Assembly (NCBI RefSeq): GCF_009914755.1
Contig: NC_060943.1
Direction: 5' to 3' (one strand)
DNA length: 64,000 nt
DNA from: the human T2T-CHM13v2.0 reference genome, Homo sapiens
The position numbers and the translations under genes were made by a program. Below, one piece after another: positions 56,163 through 64,000 of this stretch. The notes beneath the pieces are model-generated. The model did not search any database. It worked only from the letters and a program-made list of their open reading frames with translations, and was not told the DNA's origin. The first letter of the stretch is position 1; each line of letters begins with the position of its first letter.

Positions 56163-59100
56163 TAAACTGAGTTTTTACTTAAAATGCATTTAACTTTTTT
56201 TTTTCTCTAAGCATAATCTTGCTCAGACTGAGAGCTGTTTTTCTGTCCAATGCTTTGGGTGTCTGCACTATTAAATATTCCCTGTTGTCTGTGAATGAGG
56301 TGGGCTGTCACAGTGAGAAATTTTGGAGCTATCTGTACTTGGACTTAATGTTGGAAATCCAGCAGTAGTTTTTCCATGTCACATTGTAAATAAAAACTGA
56401 GGCTGAATTACTGTTCCAATGTCCATTAATGTAAAGGTGCAGTTCTCCCCAGGAGGCCTGCAGGCTCTCCTCCTGCAGCTCAGGCTTCCCTCTCTGGGGT
56501 GACACTGGAGTGCTGCTGTGGCAGTTGTGGTTTATGTAAGATGTGAGCTTTCAGATGTGAGCCCTGTGCAGTGTGCTCTGCCTCAATGGCAGATGGTAGT
56601 GGTCAAGAGAGGACACTAGCTAACGGAGAGGGCAAGCAGGAGAGATGTAGCCAAGTGCTCAGGGAGTAGAGAGCCATTGCTTTAAAGTGTAAATAGCCAA
56701 AAAGATAGCACTCTATTCAACCATTTTTGTAGGAGATTGAGAGCCTACCTTCAGCAGGCACCTGGATTCAAGTTGCAAAATTACCTCCTTTCATGAAGAT
56801 GTGAAAAGTTTATTTTGTCATTGAACATAACTGATTAGCCTGCATGGCTAGCCTTCCCAATTACCAGGTGAATTTAGGATGAACTGTGTATGACATGGTG
56901 CTATACATTTTTCTACTTGTGAACTAATTACGGTTACTGTCTTTCTATCTTTTCAGTCTCTTAAGCAGATTGACTGTGATGCATGTCACATTCAGGTTTA
57001 ATTGTGTAATAAAACAGTTTTATGTCTGTTCTATTGTGGAGTTTCTCTGGGGCTGAAGAAAATTTATCTTTTAATTATGTTTCACAAAAACTGTCTAGAA
57101 TTATCAGACATGATATATAAATATAAGGTGCCACCCAAGCTTTACTCTAGAGGAAACTTTCCCTCTCAGGCTATCAGTCAATTCACAATTGTGCTGCAAA
57201 GTGCATACTGTCCCCTAAATATGCAGGCAGAATTGCTTCTCTGCCAATTTGGTATCTTTAATCCTCCACAGTAACTTTTAGAGAAGCTAGATCAGAATTC
57301 TACAAACTTCACAGGGCAGCAATCAACCATTTTATGTTTTTCAGTGACTCTTGTATCTTCCGAACTGAAACTGATTCACAGACTATGGGGCCCAGAAACC
57401 CAATCAGAGTAACATATGTGCATTGAGTAGACATGTACACTTGGGAATCTGTACTTCCTTTTTCTTCATCTTGCTAAAATGCCCACAAATGTGCAGGGAA
57501 AACCTGCTGCTATCCCATCCATTCAGAACCTAAAACTGCAACTTCAAATTCTGAATCCAGGTCTTCAGATTTGAGAAAAAAGAAAAACTTTCTTTCTGAG
57601 AGATGCAAGTCCTTTTGGTTGTCCAACTTATAGAGACATTAAAATGAGAGCAGAATTATGTTTCTCTTTTTGTTTTTTGAACTATGTATTCATCTTTTGA
57701 AGCTGTTTGCTATTGCCACAAGTAGCTATATATTAATAATGCACACTGGACACTATAACTTGTACCGTAAAACTTAATGGTGTATATCCAATCAATAATC
57801 AATGTTATTCCTGTAAATAATAAAAATTTCTGACAAACAACTTTGTATCAACCCACTCTCTGTCCATCTTTTTTAGCCTTTACAAATCAACTTGTAATCA
57901 CACTGCTAATCAAGTGTATGTTGCGGGCAACTTGAATATTTGCTCCCAGGTTACAGTCCTCAAGCTTGGCCCAAATAAACTGTCAACTTAAATCTATATT
58001 TTCTCAGCTTTTTCGTTTTAGGTAGACATATTTAGAATGTGCCAGAGTAGTGTCTATGATGAGATCTCTCCTTTGATTGTACTCTGTTTGCTGTAACACC
58101 CAAGGAGGCAGAGTCTGGTTGATCCCACCTGGAATCTGCACATAAGATCTGGCCTCTGCCTAAGATTTACAAGACAGGGCCAAACTTTGAATTGAGAGTA
58201 TGCAGAAAACCAGCAGAAGACATTTTCTGTATTGTGAGATGTCAACGTAGAGATCTTAAATCTTTTCTTTGAGACTGTGGCTCTGTGAGATTTTCAGATC
58301 TTTTCCAGTGACCTGTTACAGGTATGTGAGAGACTCCAGGTATAAATAAAATCTGATGACAGAATCTGTAAGTATAAACAGGCATCTTAGGAGTGAGAGA
58401 TCAAGGCCACAGAGTAACCAGAGCCATGACTACAACTATACCTACCTGTAAAATGTGATACTGGAGTAGAGTATTGTTATTTCTCTTACCCAAGAGCTAG
58501 CAAATCAGAAGAGGTGATCTAGATTCTGGAGCTTAACCAGGGCGGTTCCATTTTCTATTTATAACCAGCCTGAGTCTCTTCTGCCTGGCTCATCATTGGG
58601 TCATTAGCCCAGAGTCACTGGAAACCCTCTCACAATCACCTAGGCATCTTTGAGACATTTGAGGATGTCCAGAGCAGAACTGTGTCAAGCTGACAAAAGT
58701 GGTTAATTCTGCTTCTGTCTCAGTATAAGAGAAATGAGTCATCCTGTGTTTGTTCCTCCCCTCATACAAGAGATACCTTTAGTTGGTACCCAGACAAGAG
58801 TTTCTCCAGTTTCTTGGTACTTGGGTGAAAAACAAGAAGGAGGTCCTGAGACTCAAACAGGTAAACTAATAGCTTCCATTTCATGTGGCCATTAAAAAAA
58901 TAGATGAGGGAGTCATGGTCCCTACCACCCAGGAACTTATAGTCTAGACTAGCAACTGGGTACATGGTTGAATTAAACGTCATCATATCATTGGTACAAT
59001 AAACAGATGTGTGCAGAAACGCTTGGGCTTTATTTGGACTACTTTATATTCTTCTGACTTCTGATGTCATCACTTGAAGGGATGTTTATGTTTATTTCTA

Positions 59101-59424
59101 TTTATTTTACCTTGGTAGAATACATATGTATATTTTAATAAAATTACCCTAGGAACCATAAAAGACTGGTTTAAATTGCTTATTAGTATATGTCATAAAA
59201 TTGGGCACTGTCTAAAAAAATATTTAAATTACACAGATTCTGGGATTTAAGTGCATCTTAGGTAAGCTTAGGAAAAACAAAACTGGAAGCACTCCCAGTA
59301 GCATAGAGAACAGAATTCTACATAGGGTCCACTCCCTGGCCAAGTTCTGTTTAGATCCACTGTTTTTGGAGGCCTTATTTAGGTCAGGTCCCACCCTGGA
59401 GTCTTACCTCACAGAACTGGATAA

Positions 59425-59742
<318 letters not shown>

Positions 59743-60289
59743 TGATCACATTTAATCTGGCACCTGCCTTTCTTTCTTAGATTTTCTTTGCATATATCTA
59801 TCTTTGGAAAATGAAGTCTCTCATCTTTGTTTACAGGCCAGAAAAACTGGGAAAAACACAGGTTCCCCCACTTGCTGAATGTTTGACAAAAGATTCTTTT
59901 TTGGGCCAAAAACAGGCATCACTGGTGAGCTTGTCAGAAATTCAGAAACTCAGACTTTATTCTAGATCTTCTAAAATAAATATGCATAACAAGATCTCCA
60001 GTTAATTGTACACATTAAAATTTGAGAGGTGTCTTCTAACTCAGCATGTCTTTTTGATCTGAAAAATATACAAGACTTATTCTGTATGATGTAAATATAG
60101 CACAAAAAATGTACATGTTTGTTATCATGCCATTAGTTTTATACTTTATTATCCAGAAAGGTATCTTATCTACACTGGTGTTGCGGATCTTATGCCATTC
60201 TTTTTTCTCAGAATTTGAGACTACATTAGATAATATTTCTGTGTTGAAAATTATTTTATTGGATATGTTCGGTCATCCCTATAAGTTAG

Positions 60290-60535
<246 letters not shown>

Positions 60536-60669
60536 TAAGCAATTCCTATTATATTCTATAGGTTTAATTTCTCTTTTCTGTAGAATGTGTTTTGGTGATT
60601 TATGCTTACTATAAATGAGTTTCACATCCCTGTTTTCTGGAAACAGGGATTTATAAGTGTAGAAAGGAA

Positions 60670-60972
<303 letters not shown>

Positions 60973-61287
60973 AAAAGGAATTTTTTAAAGATGTTTCATT
61001 TTTACCTGAACTTTTCACATTTCTGAGCAGATCTGTATTTTTCACTCTAGATTAGTGGAAATTGCTGAAATTGAGTGGCATAAAATACAGTTGCCACACC
61101 TTAAAATCTCATTGCCACCAACAATTTTTGATTCAGTAGTACCAGGTAGTAAAATTAAGGGCCTGTACAAATTGAAAATACTTTCTAAATATTTAGAAAT
61201 GTATGTTATAAATTAGTATTGGGGGATCAATTTACTAGAATATTCTATTACATTCTCTTTAATGAGCATATTATTTGGGTAATATGA

Positions 61288-61422
<135 letters not shown>

Positions 61423-61749
61423 TGAGAGTGAATACAACAGACAACACAGATAAGAGGTCCAGAGGTCAAGGAGAAAGCCAGTTCTCAAAATGTGACCTGA
61501 GAAGCTGTGCTCCAAAGGAAGTAGTTTCTGGGAAGACTGAGATTTTTTAAATTTTGCTCTCACGTAGAGGCATCTTCTGTCTTATGCTTTAAAATTCTCT
61601 AAGGATTCTGTTTTCATTTTGGTGATCTCCCTTCAAGTTTACAATGAGAGCCAAAGTCGTGTTCATGGCGTATAAGGGACTGCACAGTCTGACTGCTTTT
61701 CCATTGTTATTGGGGACACACAAATATCTGTATAGTTTTGAGAAACTAT

Positions 61750-61960
61750 GTTAAAAGAACCTGGCTCTTTTACCTCACACTTGCTCTGTCTTTTACCGTG
61801 TGATATGTCCAGTTCCTTTTCGCCTTCCACTGTGATCATAAGCTTCCTGACCTGAGACACTCACCAGAAACAGATACAGGCACACACTTCTTGTACAGTC
61901 TGCTGAACTGTGAGCCAAATAAACCTTTTTTCTTTATAAATTATCTACTCTCAGATATTT
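61750..61960 (+). mobile_element. MST-type MaLR LTR 3' fragment
   Basis: ccttcc..tgtgatcataagcttcctga...cttcttgtacagtctgctgaactgtgagccaaataaacctttttt.ctttataaatta. Confidence 0.75.
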
Positions 61961-62419
61961 TTCTGTATGCAAAATATTATAGTCTATAATGTTACCTACA
62001 TTTTGTTTTCTTAATCTTTTACATGAATTTTCTATTTTTTATTATTATTGAAAATGGGGTCTCAGTGTCTGCAACAGTTATGTTGCTATATATTTCTTGC
62101 TTCACCTTTGTCAATATTTATGTATTTTGGAGCCCTGTTGTTATACCTACCTGTACATATAAATATAATAATTATAGATTCCTGGTAAATTGACCCATAT
62201 TACTATTATATAATATCAATTTTTGTCTCATACTAGTACTTGACTTAAAGCATATTGTGTCCAATATAATTATGACTGTCTCACCCAATTGTGGCTACTA
62301 TTTGCATGAAATATAAAGTTTTTAAATTCTGTTACTTACAGACTATTTGACTCTGCTAAAATTGGTCTCTTGTAGGAACATATTGCATGCTTTTTTCCTT
62401 AAGCCACTCAGTCATCTTC

Positions 62420-62726
62420 TTTCTTTTTCTTTTAATTAATTAATTAATTAATGAAATAGGGTCTCACTCTGTCAGCCAGGCTGGTTTGCAATGGTGTGAT
62501 CATGGCAGTGAGCTGCAGCCTCAGCCTCTCAAACTCAGATAATCCTCTAGTTTCAACCTCTTAAGTAGCTGGATTACAGGCACATGGCATTAAACCTAGC
62601 TAGTTTTTTTGTTTTGTTTTGTTTTGTTTTTTAGAGACAGGGTTTTGCCTTGTTGCTCAGGCTGGTCTCACACTCCTGGAGTCAGGTAGTCAGCCCACCT
62701 TGGCCTCCCAAAGTCCTGGAATTACA
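62420..62726 (-). mobile_element. AluJ-like
   Basis: Diverged reverse-complement dimer. Confidence 0.88.
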
Positions 62727-62792
62727 TTTCTTTTTATTAAGTAGTTTAAAAAATTTATATTTAAAATGATTTCTTAAAGAAATAAAGTTTTG

Positions 62793-63097
62793 CACTGGGC
62801 ACAGTGACTTATGCCTGTAATTCCAGCACTTTGGGAGACCAAAGCGGGCAGATCACGAGGTCAGGAGTTCAAGACTAGCCTGGCCAACATAGAGAAACCC
62901 CGTCTCTACTGAAAATACAAAAATTAGCCAGGCATGGTGGCACACATCAGTAGCCCCAGCTACTCAGGAGGCTGAGGCAGGAGAATCAGTTGAACCCGGA
63001 GGTGCAGGTTGTGGTGAGCTGAGATCATGCCACTGTGCACCAGCCTGGGCAACAGAGTGAGACTCCATCTCAAAAAAAAAAAAAGAAAAGAAAAGAA
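62793..63097 (+). mobile_element. Alu (AluSg-like)
   Basis: TSD aaagaaataaagtt. Confidence 0.95.
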
Positions 63098-63487
63098 ATA
63101 AAGTTACATACCAGTTTCATTGTTCTGTTTTATGTTTTTTTTTTTAACATGTTTTTTCTCATTTCTTGTTTAACTATTTTTTGTTTAATTTTGTAGTGGC
63201 ACGCTTTGCTTATTTTATTTTGTTTTGCATAGTTTCTATAAAATTTTTGTAGTTATCTTGAAAAACGGACATTATGTAAAATATCTTAAGATTAAATCAG
63301 TATGTTTTAATCTCATAACAATTTCAATGGAACAAAAAACTATATTTTTATATTTTCCAGTTTGTTATTAATATTATAAATTATTTCATATTGTGTATTC
63401 AGATTTATGCAGATTTACATTTTGTTTTTATATTCTATAGAAGAATTTTAAGGGTTTCTGCACTATTATTATAGTAAGAAATTTTAT

Positions 63488-63827
63488 ATATGTCTGTATA
63501 TTTACATTTAATAGAAAGCTTTTTTTATGTTATCTAGAATCATTTTATTTTCAACATGAAAGACTCATTTTAGCATTTCTTTTTTTATATGTGTCTGTAT
63601 ATTTACATTTAATAGAAAGCTATATATTTATATATGGATTTTTGATACTGTCTAGCATCATTTTATTTTCAATATAAAAGACTCATTTTAGCATTTCTTT
63701 TTTCTATATGTGTCTGTATAATTATATTTAATAGAAAGCTATATATTTATATATGGGTTTTTGATGCTGTCTAGCATTTTATTTTTCAACATAAAAGACT
63801 AATTTTAGCATTTCTCTTGTTATATAT
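63488..63827. repeat. Three tandem copies of a ~100-119-bp AT-rich unit in intron 3
   Basis: tatgtgtctgtata...aatagaaagct...tctagcat...aaagactcattttagcatttct repeated three times. Confidence 0.9.
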
Positions 63828-64000
63828 GCAGAGTCTCACTATGTTTTTGTGCTGATCTTGAACTCCTGGTCTGAAGTTATCTGACTGCCTTGGCCTCCTA
63901 AAGGTGTAGGATTACAAGCATGAGCCACTGTGCGTGTCCACAATGTAGCATTTTTTTTTTTTTTTTTTTTTTTTTTAGCTGTGCTAGTGGTGATGAACAC

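Noticed and set aside
56700-58030. Probable old LTR fragments in intron 1
   Set aside because: LTR-like motifs are visible, but I cannot assign a family or boundaries reliably without a search.

Overview
Human (primate) genomic DNA, recognisable as part of the 19p12 ZNF91-family KRAB zinc-finger cluster. The only real gene is on the + strand: exon 1 (43152-43181), the KRAB-A exon (60392-60518) and the KRAB-B exon (61322-61417). They splice to [84 protein letters not shown], which I recognise as ZNF729; the zinc-finger exon lies beyond the window. Upstream, in order: ~17 kb of diverged beta-satellite with higher-order structure, interrupted by a truncated MER41 ERV that carries a twin-primed inverted L1; a stray fragment homologous to ZNF intron 1; an orphan CpG island; and a 12-kb nested stack (old L1 containing a Harlequin/LTR2 provirus, a solo LTR9 and Alus) bracketed by a ~285-bp direct repeat. 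A solo HERV-K(HML-2) LTR5_Hs with intact OCT4-type motifs sits ~2 kb upstream of the promoter. The most notable system is this LTR5_Hs (plus LTR9) enhancer module next to ZNF729. Repeat subfamily names are from memory of consensus sequences, not from a search, and many boundaries are approximate.
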